From assembly GCA_964016885.1 (NCBI GenBank), contig OZ024740.1, forward strand, positions 414,966,001-415,030,000: DNA of 64,000 nt. The letters are read 5' to 3'. Source of the DNA: Eledone cirrhosa. Lineage: Eukaryota. The notes under the pieces are model-generated. The model ran no database searches. It saw only the letters and a list, made by a program, of their open reading frames with translations, and was not told where the DNA came from. The translations under genes and the position numbers were made by a program. Positions within the stretch are counted from its first letter, which is position 1. The number at the start of each line of letters is the position of its first letter. Shown here piece by piece: positions 13,228 to 26,964 of this stretch.

Positions 13228-13300
<73 letters not shown>

Positions 13301-13303
<3 letters not shown>

Positions 13304-13835
13304 AGAGAGAGACTGAGCATAAGAGGAATCAAATGCTGTGTGCAGGAGAGGAGGTTCAGTTGGTATGGACATGTGATGCATAAAAAGGTGCAGAGCACTA
13401 GAAGTCAATGGAAGCCACAGAGTGGGGAGACCCAAGAAGACTTGGGATGAGGTGATAAAGGCCGACCTTGCCCAATTGCACCTCTCAAGGGCAATGACAC
13501 ACGACCATGACCTCTGGCGTCATGCAGTAATACAGAAGACCCGACTTCCCACAAGAACAAGCCGAAACTGTAGCATATAGACAATATGCCCCTCCCCCCA
13601 CCCACTGCAAAGTGGTTGTGGAGGTGCCACGGCAAAAAAGCACCCAGCCCTCACTGTAAAATGAGGTTGGTGTTAGGAAGGGCATCCAGCTTTAGAAATC
13701 AAGGTAGAACCAGTTCCTGTATGAGCAAGACAAGGTCAGCCGACTGGACACTGCCCACAACAGGACAACCCGTCTAATCCATACTAGCGTGGAAGAACGG
13801 ACGTAAAACGATGATGATGATGATGATGATGATGA
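13301..13835 (+). mobile_element. RTE family A 3' fragment with small internal deletion
   Basis: LRERLSIRGIKCCVQERR..WYGHVM matches 873-1150; 3' UTR and (GAT)n tail present. Confidence 0.9.
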
Positions 13836-13882
13836 TATATATATATATATATATATAATTTTATTATTATTATTATTGTCGG

Positions 13883-14062
13883 TGGATTGGCAGTATCGGT
13901 AGAGGGTCGGACGCGATGCATTGAGTTACGGCCCTTGCCATTCTGAGTTCAAATCCCGCCGAGGTTAATTTTGCCTTTCATCCTTACGGGGTCGATTAAA
14001 TAAAGTACCAGTAATGTACTGAGTATTTGCTGGCCTTGTGACAAAAGTAGAAACTATTATTA
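13883..14062 (+). mobile_element. tRNA-derived SINE
   Basis: Same A-box, B-box and body as 9893-10075. Confidence 0.88.
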
Positions 14063-15077
14063 TTGTCTTTATTGCTATTATTGTTATTATTATAACGAGG
14101 GGTCAGCCACCATTTATGTATGCATGTATGTGTGTTTACATGAGGTGTAAGTCCTCTCATGCACACACATTCATGTACACGTCAGGAAATACAAAAGTAA
14201 TAGTAAGGTAAAGAAGAAAAAACTTTTGTTATTTGGTCGATTTGCGATGTAAAATATGTAGGAACTAACTATTGTAAAGTACTTGTAACAGGGCCAACTC
14301 CATGCCCTGGCAAAGTTTCTACTTTAAACAGTTACGTACAGAGATTTTATAATCGATTAAAGATTTAATACGAATGAAGTGATATTTCCGTTAATAGTTG
14401 GTAGTTTGCACTGTAAATATTATTCTTTGTTGCATTATTAGTTACTAATACTCACGTCGATGCCAGAACTAGTAGCAACAGAGAAGAAGGTGGAGACGAT
14501 GGTTTGGTTTACCACTTGCAACATATATTGATAGGTAAACAAAGAACTGATCCAATATAAGCAGATATATTGTTGTCATTTCGGATTTTCGGAAGTTAGA
14601 AGTGGTGGTTTATTCTACACCAAATATCTGTCATAAAAGGATGTTTATGAAACTATATAGTTAATACAACACAGTGACTTCTTTAGTTATACTTGACTAA
14701 ATGAAAACAAAGGATACTTGTTGATGATGATGTTTTTGCTGTTTCGTTTTTATTAAGATATGTTTTAATGTCATATTTATTTAGTCATTGTAAGATCAAC
14801 CATTAAGTACAGCTTTAAAAAGTTGTTTGTATATGTGTGTTTAATGCTGGCGTTTGCAAACACAATGTAGACTACTCAATATATGATTAGCAACATGTTG
14901 CCTAGCCAATAGCTTGTCGAGCTTAACTTCCATCGTCTTAAGAGGTCATTGAAGCAGAGGTGCTATAAAAGGGCGAATATTCAATTTCATACAGATCTCT
15001 CATAATTTCCTAAGGATACGGAGGGACAGTGCCCACGACCTTTGTAAACCTTTCTAAAGTGTTGAGGTCGATGTAGT

Positions 15078-15266
15078 CAGTGCCGGATTTACTTGTACTT
15101 AGGTGTGCTTAAGCACAGGGCCCTGTTGGTCAGGGGCCCCTATCTTCCTGTATCCCCCCCCCCCCCAAAAAAAAAAATTTACGATGGATTTTTCAAATGT
15201 CAAACGTTCAAAGGGGCCTCATAACTTAACTAACACAGGGCCTTATTTGTCCTAAATCCAGCACTA
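15078..15266. mobile_element. hAT-type MITE
   Basis: TIRs CAGTGCCGGATTTA / TAAATCCAGCACTA; degenerate 8-bp TSD GATGTAGT/GGCTTAGT. Confidence 0.7.
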
Positions 15267-16339
15267 GGCTTAGTTAATCTTCAACTTGGACGTATGTTAA
15301 TGTATGTAGGAGAAATCTTGGATTGTGAATGAGGAATACGGCTCTGGGAAGAATTGATTGAACAAAACGGTTAGTATAGGGTTTTTTGGTAGTAGCAGGA
15401 CCAGGTTAATGTTTTGCTCGTCTGTTTGAGCTCAGATGTGGAAGCGATATCTGTGGTGAATTTAACAGACATTGTGACAGGCCACTTGGCCGCATGGCCC
15501 TCCAAGAGTTGTCTTTCTGTCTAAATGCAGTCCCCTTAATTCGGGAGTCAGTCAGCTTGTGCTGTTTGAGACATTTTGGGGAGCTGGGCTGCTCAGAATG
15601 AAGTTCTTGTCATTATTAGCGGTTCATCTTACCAAAGTATTGGTTGGTATGGGTACTTGATTATTCCAGCATCTTAGCCTCCCTATCACCCGTGGTAATG
15701 ATGTAAATGTGTTGGTTTGCCTCAAAAATTATTAGAGGGAAACTCCAATGGAATGAAACACAGTAGAGATGGTTAAAGGCAGGTGTGTTGGGGTTTGATG
15801 GAAATATCATCTGGATGGGTTCTTTGACGGAACAGATAACATTATAGGAGCAGGAGCAAAAACTGCATGAGGTTGGTGTTTACCCCCAAATTGGAACTAA
15901 TCCAGCAAACCTACAATTAAAGACATTTTAGCCATCACCATCCTGATTTTTTTTCAGGCATAGTGTAACTTAGATGATTCTATCATTTTTAAAAGGACAA
16001 CTTGGCTGCTATTTTTAGCGTATCGAACCACTATGTAGAGGCTCTCTTGCTGGTGAATTATTATTCACCAAATACATATTTGTGTGTGTGTGTGCTGTGT
16101 TGTGTTGTGTTGTGTTGTGTTGTGTTGTGTTGTGTTGTGTTGTGTTGTGTTGTGTGTGTGTGTGCGTGCGTGCGTCTGTGCGTGTGTGTGTAGTAACAAC
16201 ACAACACAATATATGTCAATAGTATTCTAACATAGGTCGTAGTTATGCTTTACTAAAAATTAACAACTAATCAAGACCGAGGTATTTTTCTACCTTGAAA
16301 GGGAAGCTAGTTTGTTTAGGATGCAGTGTTGCCTATGTT

Positions 16340-16372
<33 letters not shown>

Positions 16373-19300
16373 GTTTAACGTCCATCTTCCACGCTTGCAT
16401 GGGTTTGGACGGGGGTATTCCAACTTGAGGCAAGAGTGATTGTCTTGCTCGTATAGGACTGTCTGGCGGGTTTTCTACGGCTGGATGCCCTTCCTAACAC
16501 CAACCACGTTTACAGTGTGGACTGGGAGGTTTTTACCGTGTTACCTACACGGCCACATTACAGTGTGGACTGTGTGTTTTTTTCTCGTGACACCTACACG
16601 ACCTCATTTGTTTCGGACTGGATGTTGTGGTACCAACATAACTTCACATTTAAGGGGGTGGTGTGGATGGGGTGGGGGTAGTGGGACGGGGGTGTATTTT
16701 GTTAGAGGTGCCTACTGACTGTAGTAGGCTTTACTTTGTACTTAGGTAAGGCGGGTCTTCTGTATTACTGTGTAGCGCCAAAGATCTCGGTCCAGTGACA
16801 TTGTCTTGGAGAGGTGTAAGTGTGTGAGGTTGGAATTTATCAAGTCGTCCCAGGTTTTTCTGGGTCTGCCTACTCCGTGGCTACCGTCTATTTTTATTGC
16901 CCTGCACTTTTTTTTATACAGCTGTCGTCTTTCATGCGCATCACGTGACCGTACCAACGTAGTCTTCTCTCGAGTAAACAACATCTGATCCCTCTTATTC
17001 CTAATTTCTCCCTTAGTTCGTTTATGCTTTGCCGTTCACGTATATTACTATTACACATCCAGCGGAGCATGCAAGCTTCGTTTCTCTCCAGTCTGCGTAT
17101 ATTCTCTGCACACAATGCCCTGGTCTCACTGCCTTGTAACATTGCTGTTCGTATGCAGGCATTATACAGCCTGCCTTTCATTTTTAGAGAGAACCCTTTA
17201 GCGGCCAATAGTGGTATAAGCTCTCTGAACCTTTTCCATCCCGTTCTGACTCTAGCTACTGTACTTTCAGAGCACCCTCCCCCACTGCTGATTTTGTCAC
17301 CCAGGTAACGGAAGGTGTCCACTATTTCTATAGAACCATCTGTGCAATGGAATGAGTTAGTATTCTGTGGGCACTTGCTGCTACTTATTGCACCAGAGCA
17401 CCGGCCACATATAAAATCTATATTCTTAGTTAGCTTACCTGCGATCCCATTACATCTTTTATGCACCCATACTTTGCATTTGGGACATAAAATGGAGTTT
17501 CTGCCTACTCCTTTCATACACACTGAGCATGGCCATTTCCCAGATGGGACCTGTGCCCTATTTTCCTTCCTACAAACTAGAACTTTAGTCTTAGACAAGT
17601 TAACTTTAAGGCCTTTTGATTCTAGGCCATGCTTCCATGTTTGGAATTTCTTCTCTAGTTCAGCCATTGAAATCAGCTATGAGCGTTAGATCATCTGCAT
17701 ATAGGAGTTCCCATGGGCAGCCGGTCTTGAACTCCTCTGTTGTAGCCTGAAGGGCAATAATAAATAGTAGGGGGCTAAGAACGGAGCCCTGATGAACACC
17801 AACTTTTACGCTAAACTCTTCACTATATTCGTTGTTAATTCTAACCTTGTTGACTGTTTCTTTATACATGGCTTGTATAGCTCTCACAAGCCATTCATCA
17901 ACACCTAGTTTTCTAAGCGTCCAGCAGATAATGGAGCGGGGGACTCTGTCAAAGGCTTTCTCCAAGTCAACAAAAGCTAAGTATAGGGGTTTACTTTTAG
18001 CTAGGTACTTCTCCTGTAGTTGTCGTACAATGAAAAGAGCTTCTGTGGTACTTTTACCTGACACAAATCCGAACTGCATTTCATCTAGATCAATTCGTTC
18101 TCTGATTAGTTGCGCTATTACTTTTTCTGTGACCTTCATGACCTGGTCGATTACTTTAATGCCTCTATAGTTACCCCTATCAAGAGCATCTCCCTTACCC
18201 TTGTAGCAGTTAATGATGATGCTTCTACGCCAGTCCTTCGGAACGGCCCCATTCTGTATGACTTGGTTTACTATCCGGGTGACCATAGTGTGTCCCACCG
18301 TTCCAAATGCTTTCAGCATTTCAGCAACTATTTCCGAAGGCCCAGCCGCCTTACCCGTCTTCATATCTTTGATTGCCTTACTTATTATACTACCTTCAGC
18401 TAGCACTGCTGGTCCCTCTATTGGATCGATGTGGGGGAGACTGTCTTTCTCCCATTTATTCTCCTCATTTAGTAGCCTTTCGTAGTGACACTTCCAAGCT
18501 ACCTTCTTATCAGCGTCAGTGATGGCAAGTATACCATCATCATTAAGGACACACTTTTCCCCGACAATATCACAGTTTTCCTTGACACATTGCCTAGCAA
18601 TCCTGAACACCTCACCTTTTTGGTCCTCGCGTTGTAGAACATGCTTGAACTTTCTTTCCTCTGCTTCCCTTCTTGCGAAGTACACTTGTCTCCTAGCTTC
18701 CCTCCTGGCCACTTGATAGTCTTCTCTACTTCCCCCATCCCGCCATACTTTCCAAGCCTGCTTTTTGGCCTTAATTGACTCCCCCGCCTTACTGTTCCAC
18801 CACCACGTTACTCTCCTCCTGCCTATAGGCCTGCTCCAGCCACAGACTTCATCTGCCGCCTTCAGCAGGTTAGCTTTCAGGAATTCCCACTGTTCCTCTA
18901 TATTGTACGACTCTAATTGCTCTTCCTTACTGTCGAAAGCATCAAGTAATATGCTTTTAAATTTATTACTGGTTGTGGGGTCCTTTAACTTCCATATTTT
19001 TCTCCTGCGGATAGTCCTCCTCTGTTGTCGAGTACGTCTTGTCCTGACTATGAGGTCGCTGACTATGAGTCTATGTTGGGAGGTGCATTCTTCATGGGGG
19101 AGGGATTTAGTGTTTACAACAGACACTCTATCACGTCTTCTGGTAAGGATATAATCTATCTTACTGGCGTGTTCCCCTGATCTATAGGTGATCAAGTGAT
19201 TGTCTCGTTTTTTGAAGTTGGTGTTACAGATAGTTAGGTTATTTGCGTCGTAGAATTCCAGGATTCTGGAGCCTTCCTCATTTCTAGTACCAAACCCATA

Positions 19301-20020
19301 GCCTCCATGGATTCCGTCATAGCCGTCACAATGTTGTCCAACGTGACCATTTAGGTCGCCAGCAATAATTATGTAGTCACTGTCGGTTATTTGGGAGGTA
19401 GTGAGCATCAATGTCTCATAGGCAGTCCGGATTGGGGTGCATACGCAGATATTATTGTCACAGTAGTTCTATTTAGGACAAGTCTTATTTTAATTATTCT
19501 GCCGTTCACTCTATTTACGTCTATTATCTTATCTACCCATTTTTCTGCTAACATGATTCCTACCCCACCCAGCCCATTTTCATTTCTCACCCAGAAAATC
19601 TTATCGTTTTTTACCCACAATGAATCTAGCAGACCCACCCCTCCACCTGGTCTCTTGGATACAGCAAACATCAACCTCCTTACGTTCAAGCATTTCTACA
19701 ACCTCGTTAGAGCGACCTTTTAAGGTGCCTACATTCATGGTACCAACTCTGAAGTTTTAGATTGCGTTTGGTGGGTGGGAATGGTGGGGCGCGGGGAGGG
19801 GGGAGGGGGAGGGGGGGTTATGTTGGCCATCCGCGGCCGAAACAAAGAGGAGGAGTCCTTGTCTTTTCGTCCGGCAGCATGAGGTGAATTTGTTTTTATC
19901 TTTGGCATTGTCACTGAGTGTCCAGATTTTTCAGACTCTCCAGAATTCCATAGTCCATCCATCATAGCGGCAAGCAGCCATGAGTGATAGCATAGGCCGC
20001 TGACTTATGATTGGTCCTAA
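16340..20020 (-). mobile_element. Near full-length RTE family A LINE (APE-RT-PHD), frameshifted
   Basis: Consecutive ORFs 19408-19689 (GVGIML, SAYAPQ), 17660-19411 (GDLNGHVG, IDYIL, RT motifs), 16894-17667 (PHD) and 16742-16984; (GAT)n tail at 16340-16372. Confidence 0.93.
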
Positions 20021-20465
20021 TAATAATGGTGGAGAGTGGGAGGGGTATGGGGTAGTTAGCGAGAGGGTTTAAATGAAATCTTCGAATTTTGGGCATAATT
20101 GGACAAGCATATAGCAGTAATAATAAGCGAATAATGGTTATATATATGACTTAGTTATATATATGACTTCCCAATACTGGTTGTGAGAAATTGTAAAACT
20201 TATAACTTGTGATGCCTTGGAGGGTTTTAGCTGTGTATTGTTGATGAAGGAAGGTGTAGTGTTGTGTGTTTTGCTAATATGTATATTAATTATGTACTGA
20301 TGTTGTTAAAGAAGACTATATTGTCCTAGTTCAATTGACTTCTGGTGGACTTGGCCCTAGGACCACCTCCCTACTTACCACCATCAGCACAGAGGTGTCT
20401 ACCTACGGGTGTGAACCTCGTGAGCTGGAATGGCTTTTCCAGGGTGTCTCCTTCATCCTCTGGGG

Positions 20466-20749
20466 CAGGGGCCACGTTTGCCTTAAAAATGTGAGGAGGA
20501 CAAACCAACATTTTTTTATTCTTAAAGGAGCATAAATTGCTTATGGTGCCTTTCCTGGACCCTATTACATAAGTAAAATTTTACGCTAATTAAATTTTAT
20601 ATATTCAAATGAAGTTGAGATATAAAAAAAAATAAGCTTAAAAAGAATTTATTATATCAAATAAACAAAAAATAAAATATAGACGTTTGAAAAAGTGGGG
20701 GGGGGGGGGGGGGCTTGTCCCCTGGTACCCCCCTGAAACGAGGCCCTTC
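20466..20749. mobile_element. hAT-type MITE (degenerate)
   Basis: Imperfect TIRs CAGGGGCCACGTTT / AAACGAGGCCCTT with a poly-G subterminal tract. Confidence 0.5.
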
Positions 20750-20857
20750 CTCCAGGGAAACGCCTTCTCTATGGGCCCCTATTTGTTCACCACAGTGAAA
20801 GATGGAGAGACAGAGACAGTGACAGTGGGAGTTTAGTTCCATTGTGTTCAGACCTGG

Positions 20858-20900
<43 letters not shown>

Positions 20901-20905
20901 TATAA

Positions 20906-21840
20906 TCTATATATATAAAACTGTGGTTGTCTGTCTGTCTATCGATTTTTGGCACACATCTCCTCTTAGAATCTCTCACGGAATTGCACCGAAATTGCTA
21001 TACTTGTACATTGAGCCCTAGCGAAGACATCGGAAAAAAAAAATTTCAAATTGACCCACCCTATGTGACGAAATCGAATATAATGTATCGATTTTTGAGC
21101 GTAAGTTATCAGTTATTTCCCTTTGTTCTGTTTACATTGAGCGTCTTACGTAAAAAATTACGCTGGCTTTCTCAGTTGTCGAGCCAGCAAAATATTGACC
21201 TGCAAAATTCATCAGTTCGAACACTAAGCTTCCGTTTTGCTTCATTTCCATTTAAAAGCATTTTAAAACAATATTTTTACTTGAAAACAAGTCTATTTAA
21301 AGACTACGTAAAACAAGCAAATATTTCGTCGTTAGGCGTGCAGACAGACAGTCGTGCAGAGAAGTGATATACGCGTGCAGACAGATAGTCGTGCAGAGAG
21401 GTGATATAGGCGTGCAGACAGACAGTCGTGCAGAGAGGTGATATAGGCGTGCAGACAGACAGTCGTGCAGAGAGGTGATATAGGCGTGCAGACAGACAGT
21501 CGTGCAGAGAGGTGATATAGGCGTGCAGACAGACATAACTGATAATTTGGTTACGCTAATGTTTTTCTCTGCGTTGCAGTGTTTACATTTTCGATCTTTG
21601 TTAATAAATAACCAGTGCAGTTTTTATCCCCAGCATCCTCTTTTGTTATAACATTCGGGTTATCGTTATGTTTTCTTAACTTCATAAGGCATATTGTTGG
21701 TTGAGGGAATATTAATCAAAAACACCACATGCAAGTCTGCACAGTAGACACTACAGTTTTTAAGCCAAAAAAGAAACTTAACATTGTAACTTTAACACAG
21801 CTACTGAGCGACCCCGAGCAACGCCGGGCTTTACTGCTAG
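20906..21840 (+). mobile_element. Non-autonomous Helitron with internal ~37-bp tandem repeat
   Basis: A|TCTATATATATAAAA 5' end; subterminal hairpin CCCGAGCAACGCCGGG then CTAG|T; repeats of TAGGCGTGCAGACAGACAGTCGTGCAGAGAGGTGATA at 21333-21535. Confidence 0.8.
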
Positions 21841-22339
21841 TATATATATATATTTAGTACACCATATTAACTGTTTATTATATATTTGATACAGTCTTCG
21901 TTGTATCGAAGTGGGCAATGTTTCTTAGTTTCTGTTTCAGGAAGCTGTGCAAGAAGACAGAGCTTGCTTGTATATAAAAATATATATTAGCTGTCGAGAC
22001 ACTGCATCCTTTAAAACCTTCATGCTTCCTGAGATTCGCCAACACTACACCTAATATTCCCCCCTCCATACACATGCACACATGTATCATACACTATTCA
22101 CTTCCCTGATATTTGTATATTATTCTATGTACTATACATGCACCTTTGATGAGTTGTAGTGCACCTGAGCACTGTACACAATAATTTCATTATTATTATA
22201 TCTAAAATTACACCTAGACTCACTCCTTCCTACATTTCATATGTAGTTAATTGTAATTCATTAAAATTTCAAGTTTACCTTCCTTTCATTTTTTAACTAA
22301 AATAAGTCATTTAATGATTATTGTTTCTCTCAATGAAAG

Positions 22340-22785
22340 CTGTATGATGCTTGTATGTGAAATGTCATGTTGCATGGAAGTGAGACATAGACAGTGAATA
22401 TGAATGTTGGAGAGAAATGAAGCAAGCATACTTCGATGAGTGTATGATGTTAATGTGCATGAACAGCCAAGTATGCATGAGCTAAGAGAAAAACTGTGTT
22501 TAAGAGGATTCAGTTAAAGTGTGCAAGAAAGAAGACTGCACTGGTAATGACATGTGATGTGTATAGATGATGATTGTTGGGTGAAGAAGTGTAAAGAGTT
22601 CCCAGTGGAAGGAAGCTACAGTAGAGAGAGACCAAAGAAAACTGGGCAAAAGTGGTGAGAGTTGATCTCAAAATGCTGAACTTCACAGAGGAGATAATGA
22701 AAGACGATATGTAGAGGGAAGCTGAGCCGGAAAAGGCTTGTCCAACCCATGAAAGCGTGGAAAAATGGGTGTAAATCGATGAGGG
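22340..22785 (+). mobile_element. Highly decayed RTE family A 3' fragment
   Basis: GCATGGAAGTGAGACA.., GAGAGAAATGAAGCAAGCAT.. and GCGTGGAAAAATGG tail motifs. Confidence 0.7.
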
Positions 22786-23135
22786 TTGTTTTTATGACTA
22801 AGGTTGCAATTTTAATATAATAAATTGTTGGGCATACTACACCAAGTATATTAGCATCCACTTTACTATTAAGTTTTCATTCGGTAGGTGTCCAAGGTTA
22901 TTTTTTCCAGCCATGTTCATTCATTAAAAAGGTGTTTCTTGTTCTAAGATCTTGCAGTAATTAGAAGTAGAATTAACATGATTTATACTAGAAGCATGTA
23001 CAATATGTCTCTCTATAATAAACATGTACAATATGTCTCTCTATAATAAACATGTACATGTCTCATTATGAGTGTTTTAAGCTGTGATCATATCACAGTT
23101 GTCTCAAGTTGGTCACCTGCATATGGGTGTATGTT

Positions 23136-23412
23136 CAGGGGCGATGGAACTGGTGGGGGGTGGGGGTGGGGCATGTGGGTCATTGACCCCCCCCACACAC
23201 ACACACACACACCCACACCCAATAATTATATTTTTCTCCCCAACTACCAAAACACATCTATTTGTATATGCATTACAATTTATGTTTATCGCATATCAAA
23301 GTTTTTTTATATCCTGGTTGATATTTGATAACAACTAAACTAATCACAACAACTAAATTGACCAAATTTGTCTCCCCCCTCCCCCCCTATAGAAATGCTT
23401 CCACCGCTCCAG
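23136..23412. mobile_element. hAT-type MITE (degenerate)
   Basis: TIRs CAGGGGCGATGGAA / TTCCACCGCTCCAG. Confidence 0.5.
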
Positions 23413-23675
23413 TGTTGTAATACTCAAAACACCTACTGGCTCTAGGATTCAACACTGGTTAGGTGTCCATGATTTCATCTGTACATATTTGAAGAACTCT
23501 GAAGTGACCATCAACCATATCAATCTCAATGATCTTATAAAAGGACACTTCCCCTTCTGTCTGACTTTGTGTGGCACCCTGTTTACTCCACCCTGTTTGA
23601 TGCCACTGCCCAATCCATGGGGTCTTTAGTAGTGTTCAGTCTGTGGCCAACATTTGTTGTAAAGCTATACTGTAA

Positions 23676-23862
23676 TAATTGTTTCTACTTTTGGCTCAAG
23701 GCCAGCAATTACCCAGTGCATTACTGGTACTTTATTTTATTGACCCCATAAGGATGAAAGGCAAAGTTAACCTCGGCGGGATTTGAACTCAGATCATAAA
23801 GGGGCGTAACTCTATGCTGCAAAGCATGGCGTCCAACCGTCTACCGATACTGCCAATCCACC
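23676..23862 (-). mobile_element. tRNA-derived SINE
   Basis: Reverse complement of the SINE consensus (GGATTTGAACTC, CCGATACTGCCAATCC). Confidence 0.88.
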
Positions 23863-24383
23863 GCTATACTGTAATAATGTTCTACTATAGCTGTAAGGTA
23901 CTACTATAGTTGTAGATATGGCATCAGTATATATAATATTGTAAACTTCAACAATACTGGTGTAAACTCTACTATAATGTTATAAAGTGGCAATCTGGTG
24001 CAGTCTGCAACTAATCCAGATTCTGCTACACTTCAGGCCAAGGAGGGTAAACTCTCCAAATATCAGTCGAGCCCTTAGCAGTGGCGACTTCTGGTGTCCT
24101 TGGGCCTAGGACCACCTCCCAAGTCACCACCTTTGACTACCCGCAGGTGTGAGCCTCGTGAGTTGGAATGGTTCAACATATCTCCCTCACCACCCTCCGA
24201 GGCCCCCATTTGAGTGAGAGACAGGGAGAGTGAGAGACGGAGGCAGTGATTATACCAACATTGCTGAAGTATTTGTAGAGTTAAAAGTTAAATGATTTCA
24301 TTAAATACCTTATTCAACTGTTATTTTTCAGCTTTTAGGGGGTGGTTTTATGTGTGAATGTTATGACAATTAATAAATATTAC

Positions 24384-24629
24384 CAGAGGCATGCAGAGCT
24401 CTGGTGATGCCTGGGGCAAATCTTGATTATATGCCCCAAAGACTTAAGTATAAGGCCTAATATACTGAGAAATGTTTTGAGAAAGGAAAACATTTTGAAT
24501 ATATAAACACAGATGAAACATGAACTAAACGCTTTATTCGATTTTAATATAAATCAATCAAATTTTATTAAGTTCTTTTCTCCAAATGATACCCGGGGCA
24601 CCGTCAGCCCCCTTCTCTGCACGCTACTG
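24384..24629. mobile_element. hAT-type MITE
   Basis: TIRs CAGAGGCATGCAGAG / CTCTGCACGCTACTG; TSD AATATTAC/AATGTTAT (6 of 8 match). Confidence 0.72.
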
Positions 24630-25134
24630 AATGTTATAAAGCTCTGAAATAATTTTATAGATTATATTGTAAGTTAATGCAGTTGTTGTCGTTGTCGTCG
24701 TCGTCGTCGTTGTCGTTGTTGTTGTTGTTGGCGGCGGCGGCGGCAGCAGCAGCAGCAGCAGCGGCGTTCTTTTCCCCTAATGATGCGGTGGTGGTGGTGG
24801 TGGTGGTGATATCGCTGTCATTGTTGTTGATGATGTTTAACCCCAAGTCATCCCTGATTAAGTAGACAAAGGTGTTCCAGCTATGACTATCCCATCTTTT
24901 GTTTTTTCAGACTTGCTTTTAATATGAATGAGTGTGATATGACTGTTAACAAATCATGAGACCACATTGGCTGTACATAGGCCTGTACAAAACTTGTAGT
25001 AGGTCCATGCTCAGTGTGAGATGTAGGCTCTATTTCAACAGGCTCATGCTAGGGTCCACTTCAAACTGTTCATTAAGTATTTTAATAACCAATGTTAAAT
25101 AAATATTAGTGATTTATGAATGGATTACATCATG

Positions 25135-25684
25135 TACTCTCGGGTCCCAAATAATTGGGGGAGGGGGTTGGAATAAGAGGGGACTGGGTGGAATGAGCAG
25201 GGTGGTTGGAAAATCAGTAATTTTTCTAGGTTGTCTCTGTTGGTTTTTTTAAAAACCAGAATTAATTGTTTAGTTTACATATTGAGACCCCAACCCATCC
25301 TATTTATTTTATAACGTATGGGATTTCTAGTAATGTCCTTTTTTTTTGTCATGTATAATGTTTTTTTAATGTATATTGAAAATTAATTATCGCAGGAATG
25401 CTACCACTTAAAATAAAATTTTGCCAGAGATAGATTAGCAAAATTTAATAAGTAAGGGGGGAGGGCATTATTAGAGGACAGTGGATTGGCAGTATCGGTA
25501 GAGGATCGGACGCCATGCTTTACAGCAAAGAGTTATGGCCCTTTATGGTCTGAGTTTAAATCCCGCCGAGATTAACTTTGCCTTTCATCCTTACGGGATC
25601 GATAAAATAAAGTACCAGTAATACACTGGTATAATTGCTGGCCTTGTGCCAAAAGTAGAAACAATTATTAGAGACCCGAGAGTA
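25135..25684. mobile_element. Tc1/mariner-type MITE with a nested SINE (25481-25668)
   Basis: TIRs TACTCTCGGGTCCCAAATAAT / ATTATTAGAGACCCGAGAGTA; the SINE is flanked by duplicated ATTATTAGAG. Confidence 0.75.
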
Positions 25685-26801
25685 TTTATAACAAAAGCAG
25701 AATAAAAGAGTATTAATCATAAAAAATAACTGTTTATGAAAGGGTCACTTTTGGCATGTAATAGGAGAAGTAGGCAGCATCAAATTACAGATCCCTGCCA
25801 TCAAACCCACTTGGCCCTATCCTCTCATTTCTAGCCAAGTAGCATTATAATGGAAGGTAGTCATAGCATTGTAAGACACTATTTTTACATTAATTCACCT
25901 CCAGCAGTTTCAACAATGAGTGTTTCACTTATTTGATCACTGGAACTGCCTGATCATAGAATTAATGTGTAAGGGGCTGAACATTCCACAGACTTGTGTA
26001 CCTTTAACATAATTCTCAGGGAGATTCAGTGTGACAAGGCTGGCTTTTTGAATTGCAGGTACAGTACATACGACAGGCTTTCAAACAGTCTCTGCCAACC
26101 CAATTTCACTCATAAGGCATGGGTCACCCCAAGGCTATAGTAAAGGACACTTGTTAAAGATGCCATACAGTTGGATCGAACTCAGGATCTAATGCTTGCA
26201 AAGTAAACTGCTTAACCAGTCAACCATGCAGTGTCCACACTATAGCCTGTGGTACTATTATGATATTATATCTACTAGATACTAATATAATAAAGTAAGG
26301 CATAACTATGATATTAAAGCTCTGCTGTAGCTGTAAGGTTGTAATATAATAAAATAGAAACCAACTCGAGCATAAGAAAACCTATGTGAATAATCTTTCT
26401 TAATTCCGCTCTGAGTCTTCTGATGTCTTTTGTGTGTGCATCAGTGGTTGGTCAATTTTAACCAATCAGTCTCTTTATAGTAACATTAAGCATGGCTTGA
26501 TGCCAAACAAAATATGTAGGAGACAGAAAACAGCAACCTGTCAGTTAATATAAAGACATTTATCAAATGAAATATCTTTTGAATATTGTTGACTGGAATG
26601 ATCTTAAAACACAATTATAACAATATGATAGGAAATATTTAGATACAACAAACACAGTTGTTTGAGATTTCACTTTATTTTATTGACTTTGATGTTTTAT
26701 TCATTGCTTTAACCTTTCCAAGTTCAAAGCACTCAACATTCCATCTACATAACAAGTAAGTCACTTGCAAGTAATTCAGTTTTAAATTTATTATCTTATA
26801 C

Positions 26802-26945
26802 GGTGCATGGCTTAGTGGTTAGAGCATTGGGCTTGCAATCGAAAAGTTGTGAGTTCAATTCTCAGACAGGGTGATGGTTTGTTTCCTAGAGCAAGACACT
26901 TTATTTCACATTGCTCCAGTTTACTCAGCTGTAGAAATGAGATGA
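26802..26945 (+). mobile_element. Second tRNA-derived SINE family (CORE-like body)
   Basis: TGGCTTAGTGG A-box, GAGTTCAATTC B-box, GAGCAAGACACTTTATTTCAC body; related degenerate copy near 7225-7440. Confidence 0.65.
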
Positions 26946-26964
26946 TAGGACTGGGGTCCCTATC

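Larger units (their letters stand above)
10150..13230 (+). mobile_element. Penelope-like retroelement with C-terminal GIY-YIG endonuclease, 5'-truncated, 3' pseudo-LTR ending in (TA)n
   Basis: PSDKG, FYHLVKTHK, IRPIVS, FSLDVVALYTSVP, GLPMGS, RYVDD, LLDF, YRK, Cys-rich linker, VVYKIECDRC..YIGST..RIKEH..EALFI..PQIN. Confidence 0.95.

Noticed and set aside
19815-19885. Possible HDV-like ribozyme at the 5' end of RTE family A (minus strand)
   Set aside because: I can only support a simple hairpin (GCCGGAC..GTTTCGGC), not the nested double pseudoknot.
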